DNA of 64,000 nucleotides from a virus. Positions 10,266 to 20,400 of the stretch are shown here, one piece after another. The DNA is taken from IMG/VR virus record IMGVR_UViG_3300042863_003045, positions 1-64,000 of that record; one strand, 5' to 3'. Below the pieces are notes generated by a model. That model saw nothing but the letters and a program-made list of their open reading frames with translations, did not search any database and was not told the DNA's origin. The position numbers and the translations under genes are program-made. Within the stretch, counting starts at the first letter, position 1, and each line of letters starts with the position of its first letter.

Positions 10266-10988
10266 ATGAAAAAATTAACAAAACAAGAATTCATTGATAA
10301 ATCTATTGAAATACACGGAAATAAATTTGATTATTCAAAAACTGAATTCAAAAATGTAAGAAGTAAAATAATTATAATATGTCCAAATCACGGTGAAATA
10401 ACGATAAGAGTTAGTAATCACATACATATGAAACAAGGATGTGACACTTGTGCCAGGGATAAACATAAACTAACAGAACTAAGTCCAGAAAGATTAGAGA
10501 ATCTCAAAAATATTCATAATAACAAATACGAGTATAAAAATTTATCGGTTACAAAGGGATTTATTAATATAGTTTGTCCAAATCACGGTGTCTTTACTCA
10601 ATATCTTTATTTTCATGAATATGGACATGGTTGTTCAGAGTGTAATTCTACATCGAGAGGAGAAGATAGAGTAAAATCCTTTTTAGAAAATATAAATATT
10701 CAATTCAAAAGAAATTATGAATTTGAAGATTGTAAAAGAGTTAAGAGATTAAGATTTGATTTTTATTTACCGGAATTGAATATGTGTATTGAGTATGATG
10801 GAGAGCATCACTTTGTGGAAAATGAATATTTTGGTGAAGGAAACTTAGAGTATATGAAAGAAAATGATAAAATTAAAAATGAATATTGTATTTTAAAAAA
10901 TATTAAATTGATCAGGATACCATTTCATGATTATAAAAATATTGAAACTATATTGAATGATCTAAATAGAAAAGAGAAAAGTATATAA
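10266..10988 (+). CDS. Free-standing homing endonuclease (CPxHG zinc repeats + Vsr/DUF559-like nuclease)
   Basis: HGNKFDYSK, CPNHG, GCxxC repeats; RFDFYLP...IEYDGEHH...LIRIP. Confidence 0.75.
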   Translation: MKKLTKQEFIDKSIEIHGNKFDYSKTEFKNVRSKIIIICPNHGEITIRVSNHIHMKQGCDTCARDKHKLTELSPERLENLKNIHNNKYEYKNLSVTKGFINIVCPNHGVFTQYLYFHEYGHGCSECNSTSRGEDRVKSFLENINIQFKRNYEFEDCKRVKRLRFDFYLPELNMCIEYDGEHHFVENEYFGEGNLEYMKENDKIKNEYCILKNIKLIRIPFHDYKNIETILNDLNRKEKSI

Positions 10989-10993
10989 ATTAG

Positions 10994-12703
10994 ATGCTAA
11001 TAACAGAAGAAGTAGATATTCCTATTACTAAGAAAAACTATAGTTTTTACAAAAAACTTGGATATGATCCAGTTATTGATAGTGATTTATCAGTTCCAAT
11101 CAAAAATTTATCAAATAGTTCTAATGTTATCATAGAAGTAAAATGTGATTTCTGTGGAAATGTCAAAAAATTATCTTATAGTAATTATAATAAGAGTTTA
11201 AAAACTGGGGAAAAATATGCTTGTTCTCAAAAATGTTCTTATCAAAAAAAATCTGAGATTCTTTTCGAAGAATCAGGTATTCGTAATATTTTTCAATCGG
11301 AAGAAATAAAAGAAAAAATAAAATCAAAAAATTTGGAAAAATGGGGAGTCCAGAATTACACACAAACTGACCATTTTAAAGAAAAATCAAAGAAAACCAA
11401 TTTAGAGAAATTTGGAGTCCAGAATCCAATGCAAAATGAAATAGTAAAAGAAAAAGCAAGGTTAACAAGTTTAGAAAAATGGGGAGGTATTGGATTTGCA
11501 TCAGAAAAAATATCAGAAAAAATAATTGAATCGAACTTAGAAAAATGGGGCACAGAAACTCCTGCTAAATTAGAATCAATAAAAGAAAAGATAAAATTGA
11601 CAAATTTAGAAAAATGGGGAGGCACTGGATTTGCTTCTGAAAAAATATCAGAAAAAATAGGTGAAACACTCCAGAAAAATTGGGGATCTGATTCAAATAC
11701 AAAAAGTGAGATATTTAGAAAATTGCATTATAAATTATCACAGGATCTAAATTATATCGAATACGCAGGTGATAGATTTTCTATATTTAAGTGTGAATTA
11801 GGACACACATTCTCTATACATAAAAATAACTATTCATCAAGAAAGGAAGAATTTGAAAATATTTGCACTGTTTGTAATCCTATCGGAGAATCATCATCAC
11901 TAAAAGAAAAAGAGTTATTGGAATTTATTAAATCTCTCGGCGTTGAATGTATAAAACAATGGAGAGATGTTTTAGAAATTGATATTTATATTCCAGATTA
12001 TAAAATTGGATTTGAATTCAACGGACTTTATTATCATTCTGATATTTTTAAGGACAAAAAGTATCACATAGAAAAAACAAATTTCTTTATGAATAAGGGA
12101 ATAAGAATAATACACATATGGGAGGATGACTGGGATTTAAAGAAAGATATAATTAAAAGTCAGATAAGAAATTTACTTAATCTATCAACTAAAATAGGTG
12201 GAAGAAAATGTGAAATAAAGAGTGTTAATTTTAAAGAAACACAAAGTTTTTTAGAAGAAAATCATATCCAAGGATCATATTCAAGTATAAAATTGTCCTA
12301 CGGACTTTATTATAAAAATGAATTAGTATCAATAATGTGTTTTGATAGATTTGAAGGAAGAAAAACCATGTCATCAAAAGAATGGAATCTTTCGAGATTC
12401 TGTAATAAGTTAGAATATTCTATCATTGGAGGTGCTTCTAAACTCTTGAATTATTTCATCGAAGTGAATTCACCAAATAGAATAATATCTTATGCTGATA
12501 AAGACTGGTCAGTAGGAGAATTATATGAAAAATTGAATTTCACTAAGATATATGAAACTAAACCAGATTATAAATATATTTCTAAAAAAGTTAGAATCCA
12601 TAAATCATCTTTTAGAAAATCAAGAACTGGAATATCCGAAAAGAATTTAAACATTCCTAAAATATGGGATTGTGGAAAAATAAAATTTGAGAAACTATAC
12701 TAA
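10994..12703 (+). CDS. Hef-like homing endonuclease (EKWG repeats + Vsr-like nuclease + GNAT/Mom-like C-domain)
   Basis: NLEKWG repeats; EIDIYIP...EFNGLYYHS...IHIWEDDW; NHIQG, LSRFC, GGASKL, ISYAD. Confidence 0.7.
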   Translation: MLITEEVDIPITKKNYSFYKKLGYDPVIDSDLSVPIKNLSNSSNVIIEVKCDFCGNVKKLSYSNYNKSLKTGEKYACSQKCSYQKKSEILFEESGIRNIFQSEEIKEKIKSKNLEKWGVQNYTQTDHFKEKSKKTNLEKFGVQNPMQNEIVKEKARLTSLEKWGGIGFASEKISEKIIESNLEKWGTETPAKLESIKEKIKLTNLEKWGGTGFASEKISEKIGETLQKNWGSDSNTKSEIFRKLHYKLSQDLNYIEYAGDRFSIFKCELGHTFSIHKNNYSSRKEEFENICTVCNPIGESSSLKEKELLEFIKSLGVECIKQWRDVLEIDIYIPDYKIGFEFNGLYYHSDIFKDKKYHIEKTNFFMNKGIRIIHIWEDDWDLKKDIIKSQIRNLLNLSTKIGGRKCEIKSVNFKETQSFLEENHIQGSYSSIKLSYGLYYKNELVSIMCFDRFEGRKTMSSKEWNLSRFCNKLEYSIIGGASKLLNYFIEVNSPNRIISYADKDWSVGELYEKLNFTKIYETKPDYKYISKKVRIHKSSFRKSRTGISEKNLNIPKIWDCGKIKFEKLY

Positions 12704-12776
12704 TACAATAAATATTTTTTAAAAGGGGGCAAAATATTATTTGTATATATAAATTACAAAAAATAATTACAAATAT

Positions 12777-13718
12777 ATGTCTAATGATAAAATGTCTGAA
12801 GAAGAATATCTAAAACAACACATACAAGAAATAGAATCACAAAAAGTAAAACCTCCAACTGATATATTTGATTCTATGACAAATAATCAAACAAACTCGT
12901 CAAGAGTCGAAGATTTACAATTTGTATCAGTTGATGTAAAAGAACTTCCTTGTGGAATGTTCTATCCAGCTGGAACCGCTCTTATGGTAAGAGCAGCACA
13001 AGTAAAAGAAATTCAATCTTATTCAATGGTCGATGACAATAACTTCTATGATATTGTTGAAAAGATGAATGATATGTTACAATCATGTGTAAGAATAAAA
13101 TATTCTGATGGTAAAATGGGATCTTTCTTGGATTTAAAGGACCAAGATAGACTTTACACTATATTCCTTATAAGAGAACTTACATTTCAAAAGGGAAATT
13201 CATTGGCTGTAACGCTTACTTGTACTTGTGGTGCAGAAAATTCAATTGAATTAAAAAGACAGAATTTTGCTTTCCATCAAATAGATGAAAAACTTTTGAA
13301 CTTCTATTCAAAGGGAAAAGGAACATTCATATTCAGAACAATAAATGATAAAGAATTTGAACTTACTCCACCTAATATTGGAATACAAAAATCATTTACT
13401 GATTATATCATTAAGGAAAATCAAGAAAAAAGACAAGCGAATCTTGCTTTCCTTAAAATAATACCATTTATGTTAAATGGTAGAAACTCTATAACAAATG
13501 ATGGTGTGAAAGCAAAACTCAAAGAATTTCAGGAAATGGATGATGTATCTTTCCAATTCTTGAATGCTGCTGTAAGTAAAATGACTTTTGGTATAAAAGA
13601 ATTAAAAAAACAATGTTATTCGTGCGGTGTGGAGATCCGCACTGAAATGACATTTCCCAACGGATCGTCAGGTCTTTTCGTTATTCATGATGCCTTTGAG
13701 AGCTTTATTAAAAAATAA
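12777..13718 (+). CDS. Baseplate hub assembly protein (T4 gp26-like)
   Basis: ELPCGMFY, QDRLYTIFLIRELTF, CxCG and CxxCG zinc motifs; followed by a gp51-like ORF. Confidence 0.55.
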   Translation: MSNDKMSEEEYLKQHIQEIESQKVKPPTDIFDSMTNNQTNSSRVEDLQFVSVDVKELPCGMFYPAGTALMVRAAQVKEIQSYSMVDDNNFYDIVEKMNDMLQSCVRIKYSDGKMGSFLDLKDQDRLYTIFLIRELTFQKGNSLAVTLTCTCGAENSIELKRQNFAFHQIDEKLLNFYSKGKGTFIFRTINDKEFELTPPNIGIQKSFTDYIIKENQEKRQANLAFLKIIPFMLNGRNSITNDGVKAKLKEFQEMDDVSFQFLNAAVSKMTFGIKELKKQCYSCGVEIRTEMTFPNGSSGLFVIHDAFESFIKK

Positions 13719-13938
13719 ACTACTTCTTCAGAAGCATTATCATGTAAATGAGTGTTCAATGAACGATTGGCCATTTTGGATGTTAGAAGAGAGCGTTTCT
13801 ATTATAAATGATCTTACTGATGAAGAAGAAAAGCAGAGAAATAAAGAAGAAGATCAGCAGAATAAATCCATGCCTAATTTCAATCCTGGATCATATATGA
13901 GCCAAATGAGTTCAATGGCAAATAACTTTAAACCTTAA
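13687..13938 (+). CDS. Baseplate hub assembly catalyst (T4 gp51-like)
   Basis: LLLQKHYHV..CSMNDWPFWML resembles the gp51 LMQHH...ENMMPWER block. Confidence 0.5.
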   Translation: MMPLRALLKNKLLLQKHYHVNECSMNDWPFWMLEESVSIINDLTDEEEKQRNKEEDQQNKSMPNFNPGSYMSQMSSMANNFKP

Positions 13939-13953
13939 TTTTGATATATAATA

Positions 13954-15612
13954 TTGATGATATTATCTAAAGAAGTAGAGGTTAAAACTTTTAAAAATAA
14001 AAAACTTAAACATTATTCCAATCTTGGATATGATGTTTATTTGCCAATAATTCTTATAAAGATAGAAGATCTGCCAAAATCTATAAGTGTAGAAGTGCAA
14101 GTTAAATGTGACTTCTGTGGAAAAGAACATATTAGAAAATTCGTAGATTATAATAGAACTTGTAAAGAAGGAAAATGGGCTTGTTCAAAAGAATGTGGTA
14201 CTCTTAAATTCAAAGAAACTATGTTGAATTTGAATGTCCAGAATCATATGAAAGGAAAGAAAATAGAACCGGAAAAGTTAAAAGTAATTTTAGAAAAAAG
14301 AAAGAAAACAAATATAGAAAAGTGGGGAGTTGAACATGTCCTTCAAAATGAAGAAGTTAAAGAAAAGTATAAAGAAACTTCAATTAGAAACTGGAATGTT
14401 GATAACTTCTCTAAAACAGAGGAATTTATAATAAAACAAAAAGAAACTTGCTTAGAAAAATGGGGAGAGGATCACCATTCACAGAATACTGATATTAAAA
14501 AGAAGAAAGAAGAAACTTGCTTAGAAAAATGGGGAGTTAAATCAACACTAAATATAAATAAGTCTCAAGAAAAAAGAAATGAGATATTCAGAACAGAAGA
14601 ATTCAGAAAAAAATTTGAAATTTCAAATCATAAAGATTATATAGAATATTTAGGTGATAGTAAATCACTATTTATGTGTGAGAAGAACCATAAATTTGAA
14701 ATAGACTATGATAATTTCAGAGGAAGAATTGTCAATAACATTCCACTTTGCACTATCTGTTACTCAATCAGTGAACATAGATCAATAAAAGAAAAAGAAT
14801 TATTAAATTACATATCAAGTATCTATGATAAAGAAATAATAGAATCATATAGAGATAAGTATGAAATTGATATTTATCTACCAGATCTTAATATAGGATT
14901 TGAATTCAATGGCATTTTTTGGCACTCTGATAAATGGAAATCAAAAGATTATCATAAATTAAAATCAGATCACTTTAAAGAAAAAGGAATTAAAATATTC
15001 AATATATGGGAAAGCGATTGGGATTTTAGAAATAGTATAGTAAAATCACAGATATTGAATCAGTTAGGCAAATCCAACAGGATATGGGCAAGAAAATGTT
15101 CAGTAAAAGAAATTACAGACAATAAAATATCAAAAGAGTTTTTAGATAAAAATCATATTCAAGGATGGGTTAGATCAGATTTAAAAATTGGACTTTATTA
15201 TAATGATGAATTGGTATCAATTATGATATTTGATCATTATGAAGGCCGTAAAAAAATGAATAAAGATGAATGGAACCTATCAAGATTCTGCAATAAATTA
15301 GATTATTCTGTTGTAGGAGGAGCTTCTAAAATTCTGAATTATTTCATTAAAAGTATGAATCCAAAAAGAATAATAAGTTATGCAGACAAAGATTGGAGCC
15401 AAGGAAATCTATACGAATCTATTGGATTCTTATTAATAAGTGAGATAAATCCTGATTATAAATATGTGGTAGATGGTGATATGATACACAAATCAAGATT
15501 TAGAAAATCATTAACTGGTGTATCGGAATCAGAATTGAATATTCCTAAAGTATGGAATTGTGGTAAGTTGAAATTTGAAAAAACCTTCAACTCAATATGT
15601 GATGAAATATGA
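13954..15612 (+). CDS. Hef-like homing endonuclease, paralog of 10994
   Basis: EKWG repeats; EFNGIFWHS; IWESDW; LSRFCNKL, GGASK, ISYADKDWS. Confidence 0.7.
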   Translation: MMILSKEVEVKTFKNKKLKHYSNLGYDVYLPIILIKIEDLPKSISVEVQVKCDFCGKEHIRKFVDYNRTCKEGKWACSKECGTLKFKETMLNLNVQNHMKGKKIEPEKLKVILEKRKKTNIEKWGVEHVLQNEEVKEKYKETSIRNWNVDNFSKTEEFIIKQKETCLEKWGEDHHSQNTDIKKKKEETCLEKWGVKSTLNINKSQEKRNEIFRTEEFRKKFEISNHKDYIEYLGDSKSLFMCEKNHKFEIDYDNFRGRIVNNIPLCTICYSISEHRSIKEKELLNYISSIYDKEIIESYRDKYEIDIYLPDLNIGFEFNGIFWHSDKWKSKDYHKLKSDHFKEKGIKIFNIWESDWDFRNSIVKSQILNQLGKSNRIWARKCSVKEITDNKISKEFLDKNHIQGWVRSDLKIGLYYNDELVSIMIFDHYEGRKKMNKDEWNLSRFCNKLDYSVVGGASKILNYFIKSMNPKRIISYADKDWSQGNLYESIGFLLISEINPDYKYVVDGDMIHKSRFRKSLTGVSESELNIPKVWNCGKLKFEKTFNSICDEI

Positions 15613-15666
15613 TTTGCCAATGTTGAGTTTTATCGCAAAGTTTGAATTGGTTTTTATGGAGGAATT

Positions 15667-17391
15667 TTAAATGGTATAAATCCATTTTTTCATGCCACAT
15701 CCCCATATTCTAAAAGCACCAACATCTTCATACATTATTTCTCTTTCGGTTTTATTTTTATCATATCCCATTTTAACAAGATTTGACTTTCTGAAATTGT
15801 ATCTATGTTTTCTTTTTTTATCAATTACCCAATAATAATCAAGTCCGGTATCAGATAAATGTGAGAAATTCAATTTTTTATACAGGTCTCCGGAAAAAAT
15901 CGAATTATCTGAATATGATGTGATATTTTTTGGTGAAAAACTCCTCAAGAAAAATGTAAACAACTTAGATGCTCCTCCAATAACATTGAATCCTAATTTA
16001 TTTACAAATCTTATCAATTCATAAGAATCATCATCGTTTTCCTGATTTAAAATTATTCTAAGTTTACCAAATGTCATTAAACTCACCAATTCATTTTTAT
16101 AATATAATCCTAATTTTATTGAAGATGGTGCATATCCTTGTATATGGTTTTCATTTAAGAAATCTTTAGATGATTTAGAATCTATTTCTTTAATATGGCA
16201 TTGGCGAGCATAAATCTTATTCTGAACAACACCAATTGAATATGATATTATTGACTTTATAATATCATTTTTAAAGGCCCAATCATCCTCCCATATATGT
16301 ATCAACTTAATATTTTTCTGTGAACAAAGATTTGTCTTATCTGAATGATAGGATATATCCCTTTTAAGTTCTGAATGCCAGAATAATCCATTGAACTCAA
16401 ATCCTAATTTCAATTCTGGTAAATAAATATCCAGTTCATAAGGTGATATTATATTTCTATCATTTATTAATATTTCTCCAGAATAGATGCTCTTAATATA
16501 ATTAAACAACTGAATTTCCTGACCACTTTTTTTATCAAATGGGTTGCAATGTGTACAAATCTCAGTTTTTCCTCTGATTGTTCTATCATACAAATTATCA
16601 GCACTTATTTCAAAGTTATTTCCACAATTAGAACAATTTATATCATAAATAATTCTACCAAAGGATTTAGAATAAGCATCAATTAGTTTATAATTACTTG
16701 GAATTCGAGATTCCGCAATATGTATGGCGGTTTCTATTTTTTTGTCAATAGAAGAAACAACACTCTTTTGGTGTATATCTTTATTCATCCAAGGATGTTC
16801 AACACCATATCTTTCTAAACTTGTTTTCTTAAATGTCTCTTTATAATTGCTTTTTTTAAAAGATTCAATTCTCCTGTTTAATAATTCAGTGCTATAATTC
16901 GGATTATCAACACCGTAATTTTCTCTCAAGGTTTTTATTGATTTATTTCTTATCTCTGATGAAGACATAGGTGAATTGCCACCATATCTAATATTATTGG
17001 TCTCTATCATCTTATTTTTTACCACATCAGACTCAGCAGGTGTTTTTGTTCCAAATTTTTGTAGTGATTTTTGAATCTTTTTGTTTATTATATCTGGATC
17101 AGTGCCAACACATTCATTTGAACAATAGTCATAATATCCCAATGTTGAGTTTCTGAAATTAACTATATTTTCACATTTAGGATTTTTACAAATAACAATA
17201 TGATCAATTTCTTTAATTGTGTGATATACACATTGTTTAAACGATAAGTTCAGATGGGAAGTGTATTTAATTATTAAATCATAATCATTAGGAAAATTTT
17301 TAAAAACATACTTTTCAGAGCACATCTTGCCTGATTTATTGTTATTATTAAATTCAAAAATATATTTGTCACTTAACCCAGCCATTAACAT
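15667..17391 (-). CDS. Hef-like homing endonuclease, third paralog
   Basis: RYGVEHP repeats; ELDIYLP, EFNGLFWHS, IHIWEDDW, ELIRF, GGASKL, SYSD. Confidence 0.7.
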   Translation of the reverse strand: MLMAGLSDKYIFEFNNNNKSGKMCSEKYVFKNFPNDYDLIIKYTSHLNLSFKQCVYHTIKEIDHIVICKNPKCENIVNFRNSTLGYYDYCSNECVGTDPDIINKKIQKSLQKFGTKTPAESDVVKNKMIETNNIRYGGNSPMSSSEIRNKSIKTLRENYGVDNPNYSTELLNRRIESFKKSNYKETFKKTSLERYGVEHPWMNKDIHQKSVVSSIDKKIETAIHIAESRIPSNYKLIDAYSKSFGRIIYDINCSNCGNNFEISADNLYDRTIRGKTEICTHCNPFDKKSGQEIQLFNYIKSIYSGEILINDRNIISPYELDIYLPELKLGFEFNGLFWHSELKRDISYHSDKTNLCSQKNIKLIHIWEDDWAFKNDIIKSIISYSIGVVQNKIYARQCHIKEIDSKSSKDFLNENHIQGYAPSSIKLGLYYKNELVSLMTFGKLRIILNQENDDDSYELIRFVNKLGFNVIGGASKLFTFFLRSFSPKNITSYSDNSIFSGDLYKKLNFSHLSDTGLDYYWVIDKKRKHRYNFRKSNLVKMGYDKNKTEREIMYEDVGAFRIWGCGMKKWIYTI

Positions 17392-17420
17392 ATATATTAA
17401 ATATTCCTATATAAGTTTAA

Positions 17421-17454
17421 AAAAAAATGGGGAATTTTAAAATTCCCCATTTTT
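17421..17454. terminator. Intrinsic terminator after tail sheath gene
   Basis: AAAAAAATGGGGAATTTTAAAATTCCCCATTTTT palindrome. Confidence 0.75.
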
Positions 17455-17471
17455 AAATATTATTTAACATT

Positions 17472-20400
17472 TTATTGTTGTATGAAACCACCTGCTTGTA
17501 TTGCTCCGGTTCTGAGTATAGTTATGTTATTAACAATTATGCCCATACCTTTTATGGGTTCAACAAACGTGTCTAAAACACCAATCTGGTTATCTATGAT
17601 TTCCGAAGTATTATTTTCATCATCACACTTATTGAAGTAGTTATATAAACCGTTTCTGTTTACATATCTTTCACAGATAACATCAGCTCTTAACTTAATT
17701 TCTGCTCTTATCTCAGGAGTATTGAATTTCCATTGGAAATCAAGTAACATTCTGGATAATTCTCTTTCAAGTTCAATAAGTACTTCTCTTACGTGGATAA
17801 AAGAAAGTGCAGATCTATAAAGAGTTTGTGCAGTATTTTCAGTTTCAATTATATATCCTCTATTTCTCTTGAAAACAATAGGATTCATTTGAGCTTGATT
17901 GAAGTTCTCAATATCTTCTGGATTGAAATCTTCTTCTAGTCCGGAAATATTAGTTATTCTACCATTTGTAACACCAGCCGCAATTGTCCAAGGAACAATA
18001 TTACTAAGTGTTGAATTATGTTTTCTCATAAATGTGAGAGCAACATAAGCAGAAGGTGGAACATCAACTGGTCTTCCATTATCATTTACAGTTAAGTAAG
18101 GAGTAAAGTAACCTACTGAAGAAACACCTCTTCCATCACCGAATGAGTAAAGGAATGCTGGAGAAGAATTTGGATCACCTCCTGTTGCAATGAATGATGT
18201 TTGAAGAACACCTTCGTTGTTAACAAATGAAGGAGAAGATGAATTCTTGAATGATTTCATTGAAGGCATATTAAGTATACCGAAACAATCCAATCTTTCG
18301 CCACATATATCAACTAATTGTTGTTTACTTCTTTCAGCTAATCCTAATCCAAATGAGTCAACAAGATATCTGAAGTCAAATGCTTCTTTGTTTGTTGCTG
18401 CTTTGAAGAGAGGAGTTCCTTTTTCAATTAGATTTAGAATCTGTGATTGTTTTGATTCTGTTCCATCAGGCAAAGAATCTTGTCTTATTCTGAATCCTTT
18501 AAGACTTATAGCCTTGTATGTAGAAACATAATCATCCAATTGAGTGTACATAAATGTTTGTTTATCACCGAAATCTGAAATCTTGATCTCTGTATCACAA
18601 GTAATCTCAGCTAATGTAGAATCCCCACTCCAAAGTCTCTTCCTAAGAACTCTTGTTAGTTTTCTAGGCATTTCATCTGTTTGTAGTAGTGATTCATCAT
18701 ATTCTGCTTCTAAATAATCACCCACACTAAGCTCAGTATATCTACTTGCTCTAACGAGTATCTTATTTGGTTCTGGTGTCCAGTTTGCTGGATATTCAAC
18801 TTCAACAGATTGTTTATAATTAGAATCGAAAGATTTAACTACAATAGTTTCATTTGCCCAAAGTGATTTAAGAGAAGTATCCACCGAACTTTCAAAAGGA
18901 ACTGAAGATTGTAATAGTTCATCTTCAAATGTAACTATCATATTGAGTTCATTATCAAAGTGCATATCAAGATAAACTTTTTCATCCAAACTATCATTGT
19001 ATGAGAAAATATTATTAACAGCGTTCACAAATTCTTCGGTGATATTCTCATTTACTTCAAATGCGTAGTAAGAATAAGTAGCAGATGCACTGAATCCATA
19101 AACTTGACCAGATAATGTATCCAAAAGATCAGCTCTTTGTTCTGATGTATAGTTGTTGCTATATCCATTATACGGAGCAGGTAAAATAATAGTATTAATA
19201 GTTGTATTCAGACCCTCATCAGATTTATAAGTAAATACTCCTGAGTTAAGAGGAGTAGTAAGTAAGAACTTATATCCAGAAAGTAAATTTACTTCTGTAA
19301 AGAAGGTATTATTCTGAGTTTCGATCTCTGTTCTTGGAACACCTAAGTAATCTTCCTCTTCTTGATTTACACCAAATACGATATAATCATATCCAGCGAG
19401 TGAAGCAGTTACTGATTCACCTGCTATGAATTGAACTTGAACTGGTGAGTAATTAACCTTTTGGTAAATAACATCAGTAGTATTTATAATACCTTGATCA
19501 TAAGATTGGTACATTTTAGAGTATTGAGCAACAACCCCTTGTGTAAGACCTGCTGGTCTTGATTTAGTTACAACAGATTCTCTACCCATTATGAATTCAT
19601 CATCAAGCTTGTATATTACAAGAGGTAAAGAAGCAGTTGCTAAAGTTATAACATCAACATTTGATGCGAAGTAACTATCAACATAACCATCATCAACAAC
19701 AACATTTGTTGAAGGATTTGTAACTGGAACATCTATTGAAAGATCAAAAGATCTATTGAAACTATTGTTATTAACAACATTCTCTAATTGTACAAATGAT
19801 AAGTTTAGTTTTTCAGATGGTCCACCAAGAGAATCTATTGGATCTATCAATAATACACCTTTATCTGATGAAAGATAGTCAATCATATTATTGAAAGTCT
19901 TTAACTTTCTATAAGCATCATAGTTTCTTGGTGTTATTGTTTGTGCAGTATTTGGGAATACAACTGTAAAGGATTGTGATCCATTAACAACATATTGAAA
20001 ATCCACACCACTGACCAAAGGTGAGTAAGCATCATCACCACCAGCACTCAAAGTTGTATTAAAAGAAATAGAAACTGGATTAGAATTTACTCCAGAGAAT
20101 GTTCCTGCAAAACAACTAAATGTTACGTATCCTAATACTATATCAGATGTGGCAACTAATGGGTTAGTAGAAGGTGTGTTTGTCTGATAAGATTTTATCT
20201 CACCATTTGTATCAACTACGAATGCTGCAACATATGATGCTGTTGTAGTAAGTGAGGATGAATAAAAAGATGATGATAGATTTATTACACCGTTTGATCC
20301 ACCATTTGGTGAAGAAGTGTCAGTTATTTCTACATATTGTCCTCCTATCACTGCGTATCCATTAGGATTTGCGGATTGAATATCATATGTTACTGATATT

